Source of the DNA: Saccostrea echinata
Lineage: Eukaryota
Assembly (NCBI RefSeq): GCF_033153115.1
Contig: NW_026889754.1
Location: forward strand, 14,632,001 to 14,696,000
Length of the DNA stretch: 64,000 bases
Direction: 5' to 3'
Positions 50,301-63,317 of this stretch are shown here, piece by piece; position 1 is the first letter of the stretch, and each line of letters opens with the position of its first letter. Under the pieces are notes generated by a model. It did no database searches. It saw nothing but the letters and a program-made list of their open reading frames with translations, and was not told the DNA's origin. The position numbers and the translations under genes are program-made.

Positions 50301-52423
50301 CAATGGATGATGTTGAGAAAGAAACAGTCAGCAGATTAAACAATTTCTTCTGTGGTGTTCATGGTCTAGTGCATATGGTGAATGCAGCTCAGAAAGGATT
50401 ATGTGAAGCAGAAAGGGGAATTTTGATGGAAATCCACCAATATTTGATGAGAATTTCTTCAAAATTGATGAATCAGGGTGTTTTCGCTTAATTAGAAGTG
50501 CAGGCAAGGCTTTTACAAGAAAAGGTGATGAAAAGTGCGGGTGTTATGGAGCCTTCCGAACATACATGCAGCCATTTCGTACTGAAAACAAAATGATATC
50601 ACTTCCTCTGCAACCTTTCAAAGGCCACAGGTTCAACATTTTATTTCAAAATGCTGCATACCTTTACTTCCTACATCCTCACATAACTGAATTACTGGAG
50701 AAATCAGATATTGAAAAGAAGACTTCTGAAGTCTGTTCTCTCAGACCTTTATGTCTCCTTTTATGTTGCTGGACTTAAAGCCTTGGGATTGATTTCAAAG
50801 ATGATAACTACACCCCTTTGGAATATTCTCGAGAACAAAGACACATCAATTGAAGACATGACACAAAATTATCTCCATTTATCTACCGACTTGGCTGATG
50901 CGACTGAAAATGTAGCTGATTTTATAACGGGAACCTTTCCAGCTTTAACAGGAGTAGACTTTAATGGCGACAGAATTTTTGAATTCCTAACCAAAGAGTC
51001 TAAGCATGATACTGATGTGGAAATTCTTCTACGTGTCTTACTACCATCAATCCGGAAAGTAGTGTTGCATGTCTACAAAGACCACTTGCCAGATGGTAAA
51101 TACGAAACTTTCACTGAGGAGCTCTCTCTGGCTACCAAGAGTGTTGACAAACATAACTCTTACTGCGAGCGACTATTTGCATACATGGACCAAATTCTAA
51201 GAGCTAAACCTAATATATCAGCTCTAGCTGTTGAGGCCTACACACTTTTCTTACTGAACAAGACATGCACATGGATAATTTTAAACAGAGAGGATATGGA
51301 AGACCTTATATCGGAAGCTAGAAAATCAGTTGCCACTGAAAGAAATTTTTTCTCACGAAGAAAAGGAGAAATTCAACGACAGAGAGAGGAGAAACAAGAA
51401 AAAGAGTTCCGAAAAAGAGCCGAAAAAAGAGAAGAAAACTAGTGTAGCTTGAAAAACAGAGTGATGACATTATTTTCTATGGTTTATGGAAATCAGCCCG
51501 TGAGTGTAAACTGCGAATAAAGGAGTTAAGTCGCACATCAGACAAAGTCAACGCCTTGAAAGCCCAGCTCGGGTACCGTAAAAATGTTTTAAAGCAGAAT
51601 GTTCTCGAACAGAAAGTTGCTCATTTTCTAGAAAGGGTCATGATGGAAAAAGACTAATATTGACACACAAGGAACTCATGTCAAATCTATTAAAAGTTCT
51701 AAAATCTGTTTAAATTGATCATGAAAATCAAATTACTACATATTTTTACATTGATTGCTTGTGCTTATATGTTTGTTTTTTTTGTTTTAAATAGTCTTAA
51801 AAAAACAATTGGAAGAAATTTCAGCTTTTGTATTTTTTTTTTTACACTTTATAAAAATGTCAAGTGCCGGAGAGTACTGGTAGGTACCATAAATTTAAAA
51901 CGTGTAATTTCCAACATTGTAAACAAGCAATACAGAGGAAAATTGGGTAATAGTTTAAGACTTCAATCACACATACACACACACCCACACATCAAGCTTA
52001 GAGTACATAAATTGATAATTTACATTTATCTGAATCCCGATCATTTTCAAACAGAGTTTGAAGTTTGACGTCATTTTTGTAAGCGTCATCGTTGGCGCAA
52101 TGATACGTCTTTTTACTTGTGGTAGAGGAAGTTAAATTACCTATAAAAACAATTAAATGTGGCATATCAGAAGTGTCTGCTACAAACAAACTTAAGATCA
52201 AAACTTGCAAAGTATTTGCAGTTCATTCAAAACCAATTACCTTAAAAAAAAAGTGGTCACAAAAACAGCACCAGCACTACTTTTTTGTAGTCTATTTTTA
52301 GTAACAACGTATGACTAGAAAACCAAAAGTTGTATTTTCTTTTTTTTACTTTCCATATGCTTTATGACAGTATATAATACGTGTGGTAAATATCAAATAT
52401 AAAAATTGACTTGTGGATGCTAC
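47347..52423 (+). mobile_element. 5.1-kb TIR DNA transposon (CxxH-type DDE; Kolobok-like)
   Basis: 18-bp TIR gtagcatccacaagtcaa / ttgacttgtggatgctac; TCTA (or CTA) duplication; internal transposase remnants. Confidence 0.8.
49070..51713 (+). pseudogene. DDE transposase with N-terminal coiled coil; intron 49749-49836
   Basis: LHTDETSK, MSDRAA, FFCGVH (CxxH), GHRFNILF, HNSYCERLF; GT-AG intron joins TQIG-PTIEVCL..LPSPSTV; multiple lesions. Confidence 0.75.
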
Positions 52424-54671
52424 TCTAAATTTTTCTGCTGTTTTTCGTCGAACACATCTACCACAGGTTTCAACTCTTTCTTTGATTTCTTTTTCCATAC
52501 TATTCTAGTAAAATCTATGTTTTCACAACCATAAAGTTTTTTCTCTCCCCTGGTGGCCAACATCATTATGAATACCTTTAAAAGCAACATTTCTGTAATG
52601 TGATGGTAAAACTAGTTGTTTGATGTTTTTTTCCATCTACCATTGTATGACGATAAAGATTTGATTAATAACCTTGCTGTCTCTGTGTATGGTTTTCTTA
52701 TCTATAAACAATGATGAAGATATCATGTATTTAAATAGTAGAAAAACCCCAGCACTTCCTGACGTTGTCAAGGCAGTACTAAATGACGTTGATCCACCCA
52801 TACTAACTAAACTTAAAGATATATCAATATTTCTAGTAGAAGGAAAATGGATAGCAGGTTCCATTTCTGTTAACAAAAACACCCTTGTATAGACAACAGT
52901 AAGTCATCGGTGCTAAAATAGGGGAAGAAGGGGTACTGATATATGGTAATTCATCCCGAAAAAAGCCTTTGAATATCGAGATACTTTGTTCACGTATTTT
53001 TTATTGCTTTATTTAACGTTTGTATTATCTAAAAAGCGGTTGAGAGTAAGTACTTCTTACACGTAACTTTAATTTGGCGGCTGTGGGGTCACAGCCTGCT
53101 TGAATAGGCTGACTATAGCCTGTAATTGCTCTTTGAACTCGGCGAAAAAATCCGAAATATAATTTCAGGCTTATTAAAATATCTCAGATGAACTCATTTC
53201 TGTATACAACTCAGGCTCAGGACATTGTTTCATACGACCTGTATTATAAAAGAATTCGAATTAAGGGTTAAAAATTGATTCAAACTGGCGTAACTCTGAC
53301 AATGGGGGCTATCATTCGTAATAATTAATCTCAAAATTTTTACCTCATTTTTTACCTCATTCATACTCTCATACGTATAATACTTGTAATGTATAATAAT
53401 TACAGCTTGTACAGAAGAAAAAAGTCGATCTCAGAAGTTTTAAATTGATAGAGTTCTGAAGGATAATATACAGTCCATTCTGCAGATCAGAAGAGGATAT
53501 TTGATCCACTGAGAGACGACGAAATGCTCTTCTAGTTGTGAATACATGTATAAAGATAAGAACTGATGTTTACAAAATTTAGATTCTTGTTACCATTTGT
53601 TCATGATTGTCATGCTGTCATTTTCTTGATAACAATTGCAAAGATGGACTGAAATGCCCAATCCCACCCATCCTCCCAAATAATTTCGTCATTATATACA
53701 ATTTGAAATTCAGTTAACCCTCCATATTCAATGCAGTCAGACTCCTCCATAATCCTAAAAAAATTGGACTGAAGAGGGGGAGGGGGGCACCGGCTAAGAA
53801 AGGGTAAAACACACTTTTATTTTATTATAAGAATGAAAAATGTAAATAAGAGTTACAGGCATAATTATCTCATACTCTTTTAAATATAACAACTCAGACA
53901 ACTGTTGGGTTCGATATATATTTCAATTACATGGTAAGATTAAAGTTGACCTGTAACAATAACAGTAATGAAAATAATTGAATACACTCTCACACCTATA
54001 TATCCACACATTAAATTATTTTAATATATTTTAGCTTTCCTGTTCTAATTTTCATTAGGTGGATTATTATTTTATTATATAATTAATGAATCTTAAAGCA
54101 ACGGTGGTAAAAGTTCTTACCGATTAGACAGTGATTAAATTGTCCTCATTATTAAATGAATGACTTTATGGAGAGGAAGAGGAATTCTCCTGGTTGTCCT
54201 AGGGTGGAGAGAATAAGTTAGGGTATTTGGGGCCACACATGCGCACCTAATACCAAAATGGTAAAACCTCACACACTCATTCAAAAATATCAACCAATCA
54301 TACTACTCCAAGTCTCACCCATTCTGACGCAAACTCCTTTGACCTTTCACACTCCTAAATCCACCAATGAGCATTCAACACCATGAATGAGATATTTTAT
54401 GAATAAACACATGGTAGATTCCAAAAGATTGTAAGTTACTATGGTATATAGATGAAAATGCTGATGAAGTATATTAGGTCATTAAATATTTTATCATATG
54501 TAATATTTATAAGAGTAATAATTTATTAATCCTTTGACATTCTTCCCCTTTTGCAGAAAAATGTCTCCTGGCATTTCAAATATGAAAAATCACATCTGAA
54601 ATAAAAGTAATTAGTTACTTTAAACTAATTACGTGACTCTTGATCATTGTAAACAAGATGTGTAATGTATT

Positions 54672-54961
54672 TGTTTGTTTGTTTGTTTAATGTCTCTCTC
54701 GAGAATTTTTCATATGGAGACGCCACCACTTGCCGGTGGAGGGCTGCAAATTTATACCTATGCTCGGCATTCAGGGCCATTGAGCAGTGAGGGATCATTT
54801 TCGTGCCAACACCGACTGCGACACGGGACCTCGGTCTATTCGGTCTCATCCGAAGGACCGGTCTCCACGTCCCGCAGTGGAATCGAACCCGCTACGTAAG
54901 GATCAGCTCCTTACTCCGCGACTCTAGAGCAGACGCTCGAACCACTGTGCCACACAGGTGA
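54672..54961 (-). mobile_element. tRNA-SINE with an alternative (Leu/Ser-type long-variable-arm) head and the shared core
   Basis: Head tggcacagtgg..gtaagga/tccttac..gggttcgattcc; core ggccattgagcagtgagggatc as in other copies; (AAAC)n tail; degenerate TSD gtaatg(t/c)att. Confidence 0.85.
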
Positions 54962-55769
54962 CGTAATGCATTAGTAAAATGAGTTGTAATGCTAATGATC
55001 AATCAAAAGAATAAGTATAGTCCAAGTATCCTCAAAACCAATACATGATTAGTATCATAAAATAAAATAATATAAGTAACTACCCTAAGCTACTCACTAA
55101 ATTAACAGTCATAAAACTATATTATACACCTACTGACCTGTATATCATATTTCAGTTCATCAATAAAATTAATTTAGTAACTCTTCTTAGCAAATTACAA
55201 AATTTAGGATCATAAAACTATATATAATACATATTTCATAACCCTGTGGCATTTTCCCACTATAAAGCTGAGCACACTGTTCCCCGACTACCCATTTACC
55301 TTGTACATTTCGCACTCGAATAGAGCGTCGCGGTTGTGCAGTAGACGGACTCGTTTCACGTTCAAGTGACGGACTTTGATTAACATTTGTATAATCTAAG
55401 CCCGAAATTGTGTTCGAATTATTACTTTGAATTCAAGATTCAGGATCAACAGAAGAAAATCAATCTAACTGTTGGATAGGTCTACTGACCTTGTTAGCGA
55501 TATTGAAAGTATGTTGATTTGGTCTACTGATATTACTCACATTGAAAGTGGACATTGCCCTAGAACCACCTGTTCCCATAAGTTCATTTGAACTATTGAG
55601 GTCAGTATTTTGATATACACCTGAAGTGTGTAAGACGTACCTTTTTTTAGAGTTGCAGGGTCTTGTTACATATATTTCTTGCTCTGAAATCGCGTCTTCT
55701 TCACTTACCCCACCTTTCCTCTTCGTCTTTTGCCTGGTATTTTTCTTTGTTATTAATCCTGAGCGGACT

Positions 55770-57506
55770 GCTCAATGTGTTTAGGAGAGACTCGAAAGAC
55801 AGTGTGGTGTTCAAGTTACTAAAGAATATGTGTGTGAAATTAGACGCCGACTGAACTGGTCAGCCAAACACCATGAAGTATGGGCAACTTATCTCCTACA
55901 AGAATGTAAAGCACAGACTAGACTGGTCCATTGCGCAGATGATAAACAAGGACTCATTTCAAGATGCCATCTTTGTAGACGAGTCTACAGTGGAAATGTG
56001 TTCCTCTGGACGCTTGTTTTTCTATCAACAAGGCTCCAACTTAGACCGCCTTCCAGCAAAGACTCCAAAGCCAAAGCATCTTACAAAGTTGGGAGGAATA
56101 TGAAATATATAGGAAGGACTGTCATTTGTGTATTCACAGGAATGATGGGCTATGAAATTTATCAGAAAGTCTTGAAGGATAACCTATCCTATTTGCTGCT
56201 GCAAAGTTCCCTGATGGTTTTAGACTCCATCAGGTAAGGAAACAAATTTTGAAGTGACAAGTTTTGCAGAACTGCAAGGCGAATTAGAGGGGGGGGGCTT
56301 CATTGAAATGTTGAATAATCTACTAAATGCACGATTCACCTACAGTTTATGTTATGCAAAAAAGTGGGTAACCTTTTTCAATACTTACAATAATTCTTGT
56401 GTGATTACTTGAATATTTGATTATCAGAAATGAGTTATAGGCTAAAATTCCTTCCTTTCATCAGAATAGAATCTCTACGATTTCTCTTCAACAACAGTAA
56501 AGCCATGTTTAGTCTTATTAATATTAAAACATCTTCGGGTAGTGTAGATTTAAGTTTGTTCAAATCATGATCCTTGGGGGTAGGCCACAACAGAAAATCA
56601 AAGGTTAACATAGGAATATATAGAGGAAATCTTTTTTTTAAAAAATGCCATGGAAAAATCCTCAGTTATTGTGCTTGTTCAAATTATGCATATGCCCCCT
56701 CCCCTGCACCACACGAGGGGGAGGGGGTTGGCTAGGACCACCTATATATTTAAACTTTTTAATACTGATCTCTGTTTAACTCCAGCCAGAGTGCTAGGTG
56801 AGGGATGTAGCCCATGAGCCTCTATTTTATATCTTGGCCCAATAATGCCAAGACTGCTTAGGTCAAGTAAAGTAAAATGCTTTAATCCAGACCAATTAAG
56901 TAATGCAGTTCATATATATTTCTGCATCTAAATGCATACTACTGCAGCAGTATAAAATGGAATTTGAACTTTGGTGTAGGGTCCTTAGTACATGTAATAT
57001 GAAATAAAATATTTCATCAGGGTAGTTAACTTATTTGCCCGTGATGATAAAAAAAAATGGTCATTTTACCTGGTTCAAGTAAAAGTTCAACAGTGATTCA
57101 TTTAATAGACATTCAAAATAAGATGTAGCAACTGAGCAATGCTTTCTTCTTTTCTATTTATCATGTTTATGCTACATGTATGTGGATCATTTTTGATCAG
57201 TTGAACGTATTTATTTTAAGGACAACGACAGAAAGCACACCAGTAAATCAACACAGCGGTGGATGCAAGATAACAGACTTGCAGAATCTACTTCCTCCCC
57301 TGATCTCAATCTAATTGAGAATGGTCTGCTTTGAAAACTTACTCAAAATCTGTTGTAAAACCTAAGAAGGGGGATGAATTGATGCAAGGAATTCGTGAGG
57401 AGTTTGGGAGATTTTAACATCAAAAAAGTGTGGGAGGTATATAGATCATGTTCTCAAAGTGATTCCACGTGTGATCCTGAACGCTGGAGGACCTACTCAG
57501 TTTTGA
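55770..57506 (+). pseudogene. IS630-Tc1-mariner transposase split by intron 56234-57220
   Basis: IRRRLNW, IFVDES, KPKH..GGI, RLHQ|DNDRKH, SPDLNLIEN, GGPTQF*; GT..AG boundaries; frameshifts. Confidence 0.85.
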
Positions 57507-58092
57507 AACAGTAGAAGAGGGATAAATTGGTACAAGGACTTTGGCAATTTGGGAGACTTGAACAGCTGAAAAAAGTTGGTGGTGTACAGTGATTGCATAT
57601 GATTCTGAATGGACCTTTACAGTTTCTAGTAAAGTTCTTACAGTTTTGTTTTTTATATTCATCAAGCGATGTATATGTTATCAATTCATTTTCAAGATCA
57701 AACTGATAATAAACATACATGTACATTATACATATTGTCCATTTGTGTCAATAAATAAACAATTTATAGAGTAAACTACTCAGCATAAAAACTGTCCACT
57801 GGTGTACTATGAATGTAAATATATATAAGCAAGTAAGTATTATCAATCAGTGTTAAAACTATTATTAAACACTGAATATATTGTCCATTGATGTCAACAA
57901 ATAAACGTTACCTATGGTAATCTACTTGACATAAAATCTGTCCATTGGTTATTATGGATTAAAACATACATTCAAGTTCATATTGTCCGTAAGTGTTGAT
58001 AAATAAACAAAGTTTCTATTAAACAACTGGTGCACAATATCGTAAAACTTTAACACATCACAACTATCCACATCACAACTGTCCACTAGCTT

Positions 58093-58600
58093 TTAAATGT
58101 TCTCAAAATATGTGAATGGTAATCTTTTACTTCTCATGCGTCGGAGTCCAGTGTTGATCCCAGATATAACTTCTTTAAGGTAGGCGTCATTGGATCCGTA
58201 CGTTTCTGTAACAGCATGCTCTATGGCATGGCGCCTTCTTGGAGATATGGCAAGCATATGTTTCCTATCGCCGGAGAAGTTTCTGCCAGCAAGCTGTTCT
58301 TTGCGGTAAATAATCTGGGTTAATATCCAGCAAAAGTTGGCCTTTGAACAGGCAGTGGACGATGCTGACATCAAAGTTTTTTGCCTGATTCTGAACTCGG
58401 CATCTTCTGTAGTTCCATCGACATCTTGTGGTCCACCTCTCTCTACAATTAGTCCATCAAAGCAGTTCAGTTTTATTGTCTTCTTGTTTGTGGATGGACT
58501 GGGGGAGGACTCCAGCATTGATGATGATAAAATGGCAGCAGCTTGAGATAAGATAATAGTTGATAATGAAGAAGCTGGTGGGGTGTTGCTGATACTGGTA
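58093..58600 (-). pseudogene. BEN-domain coding segment (C-terminal)
   Basis: SKANFCWILTQIIYRKEQLAGRNFSG..ISPRRRHAI..V..Y..INTGLR fits the BEN helical pattern; 5' part cut by the satellite element. Confidence 0.65.
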
Positions 58601-58603
58601 TCG

Positions 58604-59892
58604 GTCATATAAATTGAAAAGTAGGTCACGATGACCTACTTTTCAGTCGATCTATTCCGAAGACCCAAGATGCATCAACTGACAAAGTTTGATGATTCAA
58701 AGCCAATTAGTACTCGAAATATTTAGTTATAGTCATATAAATTGAAAAGTAGGTCACAGTGAACTACTTTTTTCAGTTGCACTCCAAGGACCCAAGATGC
58801 ACCAACTGACAAAGTTTGATGATCCTAAGCCAATTAGTACCCGAAATATTTAATTAAAGCCATATATTTTGAAAAGTAGGTCAGGGTGACCTACTTTTCA
58901 GTCGACCTACTCCGACGATTCTTAGCCAAATAGTACCCAAAATATTTAATTATAGTCATATAAATTGAAAAAGAGGTCTCTGTGACCTACTTTTCGGTTG
59001 ACGTCTTTTTGAGGACCCAAGATGCATCAACTTACAAAATTTCATGATCATAGGCCATAAAATGTCCAAATTATGCCTCTAAAACGCTTTGAAATCGAAT
59101 GCCTGTAAAGCTCAAAAAGTATGTCAGTGTGACCTACTTTTTAATAAATATGTTTTATGGTCCCAAGATGCATCATCTTACAAGATATAATGATTCTAAA
59201 CCTATTCGAATTAATGGCCTTAAAAGTTTTGAAAAAGATTAGCCATAACAGTCAAAAAGGTGTCCTACTTTTTAGTCGACGTACTTCGAAGACCCAAGAT
59301 ACATCAACTGACAAAGTTTGATGATCATTAGCCTTAAATTGTTCAAAATATGCCTCTAAATCATTTTGAAAAAGAATGGCCGCAAAATTTAAAAACTAGG
59401 TCACCGTGACCTACTTTTGAGTCAACATGATATGAGGTCCTTAGATGCATCAACTACAAGATTTGATGATCCTAGTCCTTATAGCAAACAAAATATCAAC
59501 ATTTTAATAAAATGTAATTTTTGTCAACTTTGAAGTGACCTTGAGACCATGCCCTTTGCCCCAGGGTGAGGTCTTGAACAATTTTTTAATCTACAACATA
59601 TCCTCATCCTTTTGTATAAGTTTGGTGATAATCTGGCCAGTGGTTCTTGCGAAGATTTTTTAGCAACCAGTACTTTTGTTTCTATTTTCCTAATTATCTC
59701 CCCCTGTTTAAGAGACACAACCCAAGTTTTAGTATAAACGGGAGCCCTTGGGCCAAGGATACCCTGTGACAATTTGACAATAATTGGCCAAGGGGTTCTT
59801 GAGTTATGGCCCATATTCTAAAAAGTTTACGCACACCGCACAAATGGCCATGGCATTAGCTCTTTAAGCCTTTGGCTCAGAAGAGCTAAAAA
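58604..59892 (-). mobile_element. Truncated Helentron-type element with ~96-146-bp palindrome-containing repeats
   Basis: Terminal palindrome ttagctctt..aagagctaa (59856-59889); about 7 units containing aaaagtaggtcac-g-gtgacctactttt; other end missing. Confidence 0.8.
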
Positions 59893-59898
59893 TACAGA

Positions 59899-60215
59899 CC
59901 TCCTCATCCACATTCCTCATTACTTGTTCTATAACTTTAACAATCTTAACTGCATCTTCCGTTTTGCTTAACATGTAATACATGTAGTTGTCTTGTGTCT
60001 AGGGTCTGTGATTCATTTGTTCTGTCAGGAGCTCCCTTGCACCTGGGTATCTGGATCTCATCTATAAAAGTCTATCTATCTATCGCTTTTTACCGAAGTG
60101 GCAGTGGCCTTCCTCAACTGTGTTGCAGAGATAGCCTTGGACAGCTTAACTGCCTTCCAAATTGATTTTATTGCTTTGTCAACGGTGGATGTATTAGGTG
60201 CAGAGGGCACATTAA
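59899..60215 (-). pseudogene. Tyrosine recombinase (Crypton-like) C-terminal fragment
   Basis: ISATQLRKATATS|MRSRYPGARELLTEQMNHRP*TQDNY..Y matches the TxLRKxxxT ... LxxxMxHxxxTxxxY box-II pattern; needs a 32-nt GT-AG gap. Confidence 0.55.
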
Positions 60216-60830
60216 TATAAAATATTTTAATGTTATAAAAATAAATTATAATTCATAAACCCATTGTAGATTAAGCCTGTTGTTCTACAAATCTTATCTG
60301 GAAGACAATTAATAGACTGTATCTGTGCTGGAGGTGTGTTCTACCAGATATTACAGGTACCTATACAATTATACATTTAACTGTTTTTGTTTGTTTCTTT
60401 TTTCCATTTTGATAATTTGTGTTTTACCTTACTGTATTTATTTTGAAAATCACTGGATAAAGAATTCAAGAACTTGTAGATTACTGCTTTTTGCGTTTCT
60501 TTTGCGTTTCAGTATATTTAAATAAGTTAGGTTAAACAGTGATTTATATAACAAAACATATTTATTTACAGTAAGTTGGTCATACACTGTGAACCAATCG
60601 AAGTTTCTCTCAGAGAAGTTGTGAGGGCGCATCAGGGGGAACATCTAAACTATACCTTGCAGCACGTTTTTGAAGCTTATGAACTAGCGCGCTTCATGAA
60701 ATATGCCTGCGTGACAAGTCTGTGTGATTTACACACCAATAACTCACACAAATCATTCTTTAAATAAATTTTTAAATATATTATACTAACTTTGGACGTT
60801 TACCTGTGAAATTCTTTATCTGTTTTTATT

Positions 60831-61584
60831 TAGCTGCAATAATGTAGCCCTCTCCGATTTTTTTTATCTGATATTTTCTGGAGAGGGCTACAATTCCACA
60901 ACATCATAATGGTGCAAATATATTTTTTAAATACGGGCGAATGCAGGCAAAATAAATTGTGTTTACATTCAACTTACTTCTAAAAAGGCGAAATTTTTAT
61001 TCACTGTCAACAACATACCCCGTTAAACGCGAAAACCTGATAAAATAAATCTGCTTGTTTCCCAGTCGCTCTCATCAGAAGCCATGACAGTTCTCGCGTG
61101 ATGCACTGAGACTTGCGCTTGAAAATTATAAATTACTTTGTAAAGTAGTTTTTCGGGGTTACTAAATGATTGTGCTGTATGGCATCACTAAATATTGAGC
61201 GATATTTTTGCCTTAAAATAAGTAATTCCTACAGAGATCCGCTCCCTAAAGATCCCTAGTCTCATTGGCTGTCCCAAAATAAAATCGATCAAGGTCAGTA
61301 AACATGGCGGATAAATTCAAGTTGTGATGTTGACATACACGAAAAATAACCGATATATGGATTGTTCTGTGTATGTTTGGATTGATTTATGTTTTGCATA
61401 ACTACATTTTTGGAGTTCAGGTAAGAAATGTTAATTAAATAGCCATTTACTGATAATTTAATCCGAAATCCGTGCGGGAGTGAATCACTCCCGCACTTGC
61501 ACCATTACGGAGATCCTAAGGAGTTGTAGCCCTCCCCCCCCCCCCCCCCAAAAAAAAAGGGAGAGGGCTACATTATTGCAGCTA
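60831..61584. mobile_element. MITE with 25-bp TIR and 9-bp TSD (Mutator/Merlin-like TSD length)
   Basis: tagctgcaataatgtagccctctcc / ggagagggctacattattgcagcta; TSD gtttttatt (60822-60830, 61585-61593). Confidence 0.92.
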
Positions 61585-62582
61585 GTTTTTATTATGCACT
61601 TCTTATTTAATTACTTGTGTCAGACTCTCTTTATATCTTTATTCCTTTGAAGCAGAATTAAGACATTCCAATTGACACTCAGAGACTCTGTCAAAAGAAT
61701 TGTTACTCATTAGGTGTTAATTCCTCGGGATTTGTTAATCTTGTATCAATAACTTTATTTGTACAATGACTTAATAATCTCTTTCATGTTCATTCTATCA
61801 ATGAAACACACCTGTCCTTCAATTAACTCAGCTAGTGTCATAAATCAATTATTGTCTATTCTTAATGGGCCCGATGCTCTACCGGCCACATCCAACTCGG
61901 TTAAGACTTGAAAGCTGTTGTTGAAATTCATGTTTATTGTTATTACCATCGTCCATAATAAATTCGGAAACCTGATTTTACCATTTCTCGGCCTTTGTAT
62001 TGGAAGACCGTAAGAAATACGGTACCTTTCTCGTTTACGTTTTATTACGGCTCCACAGCGCCACTATTGCATTAACCGCCAACACTCCTTCTTCCTCGTT
62101 TATGCTAAATAACAGATACAGTCCGTGAATTACTTTTACAACTAATAACAGAAATCTAACTGGTAAAAATTGGTGATAGAATAGGACGTTCCCCTTCGAG
62201 TTGTATCTTTTACTTCCCATGAGGTTCATTTCCCCACACATCAACGAAACTCACGATGGAATTTTACTTTTAATCAATATAGATGTTAACAAATTCTATT
62301 CGGCCACGGTATCTGTCAGTGTGCTTTAACTGTGATAATTATAGATATTATTCCAAAACCTGTCAAGCTCCTGATGAAAAGTCGTATTCAGGGAAATTGC
62401 GCGATGCAAGCAGAGCTCAGCCGTACTTAAACGGGAAACAAAGGCCAAGAAAATTATCATTCGACAATCTCAGACAAGTTGCTTTCCATAAATGTGAAGA
62501 TAGAACTTTGAAAGGACAGAAGAAAAACTTAACCACTCAAATAACAAGATCAAAGAATCACTTCAGAAACTTCGAAACACCG

Positions 62583-62920
62583 ACCGTTCACGGTAGCTCA
62601 GTCGGTAGAGCGCTCGCTCCGTGAACGGGAGGTCGTGAGTTCGAATCTCGGCCGCGACTGACCTAAGTCGATAAAATCTGGGTAGCAACTTTTCCTTCGC
62701 CATGCGCTCGGCACCTTGAAGTGAAAGTTGCGTGTCCTTCGGAGACCTTAAAAACCTAGGTCCTGTGTCACGGCAAGGGTTGGCACGATAAAGATCCCTC
62801 ACTGCTCAATGGCCCTGAGTGCCGAGTAAAGGTCAAAATTTCAGCCTTTCACCGGTATATGATGACGTCTCTACATGAGTGAAAAATTCTCGAATGGGGC
62901 GTAAAACAACATACAATCAA
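62583..62920 (+). mobile_element. tRNA-derived SINE, full length
   Basis: A box tagctcagtcgg, B box gttcgaatc, shared core and caatcaa tail; TSD tcgaaaca(c/g)cg. Confidence 0.9.
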
Positions 62921-63255
62921 TCGAAACAGCGAACAATTTTTTTTTATAGAAACAGCTAATCTCCGTTCAAAAGGCATGTTCCTTAAAAATTTCACAACAA
63001 TAAGGAGACATTCAAGACAGCTTAATCGGAATTATAAGTCTACAGTATCTATATATATGGCTTGTCCCTTAGTCAGGCATCGTCTAGCCAATAAAGTCTA
63101 CATTTCCGAGAATCTTGAAAATAATATTTAAAAATAATAAATTTGCTTTTCAGATATATCTGTGCCGAAAGAAAAGGCTTAGGTTTTCTAAAGAAAATCA
63201 AGACCAGCAAGGACATAGGCTTATTGTACACGGAGAGGGTGAGTTTATTGTAGGA

Positions 63256-63317
63256 GGACCGACTGCAAAGATTTGGGGGAAGCCGAGGACCGACTGCAAA
63301 GATTTGGGGGAAGCCGA
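63256..63317. repeat. 31-bp tandem duplication
   Basis: ggaccgactgcaaagatttgggggaagccga twice. Confidence 0.85.

Larger units (their letters stand above)
47183..52632 (-). pseudogene. Decayed Gypsy integrase fragment split by the TIR element 47347-52423
   Basis: KQLVLPSHYR..IHNDVGHQGREKT..CGRC (52424-52632) continues as RANLVNI..PLEIMCIDF..ITDHF..PTRNK (47183-47346). Confidence 0.8.

Noticed and set aside
57733-58090. Degenerate ~100-150-bp repeats between the Tc1 and BEN segments as recombination sites
   Set aside because: Too diverged and lacking the inverted-arm/spacer symmetry expected of YR sites
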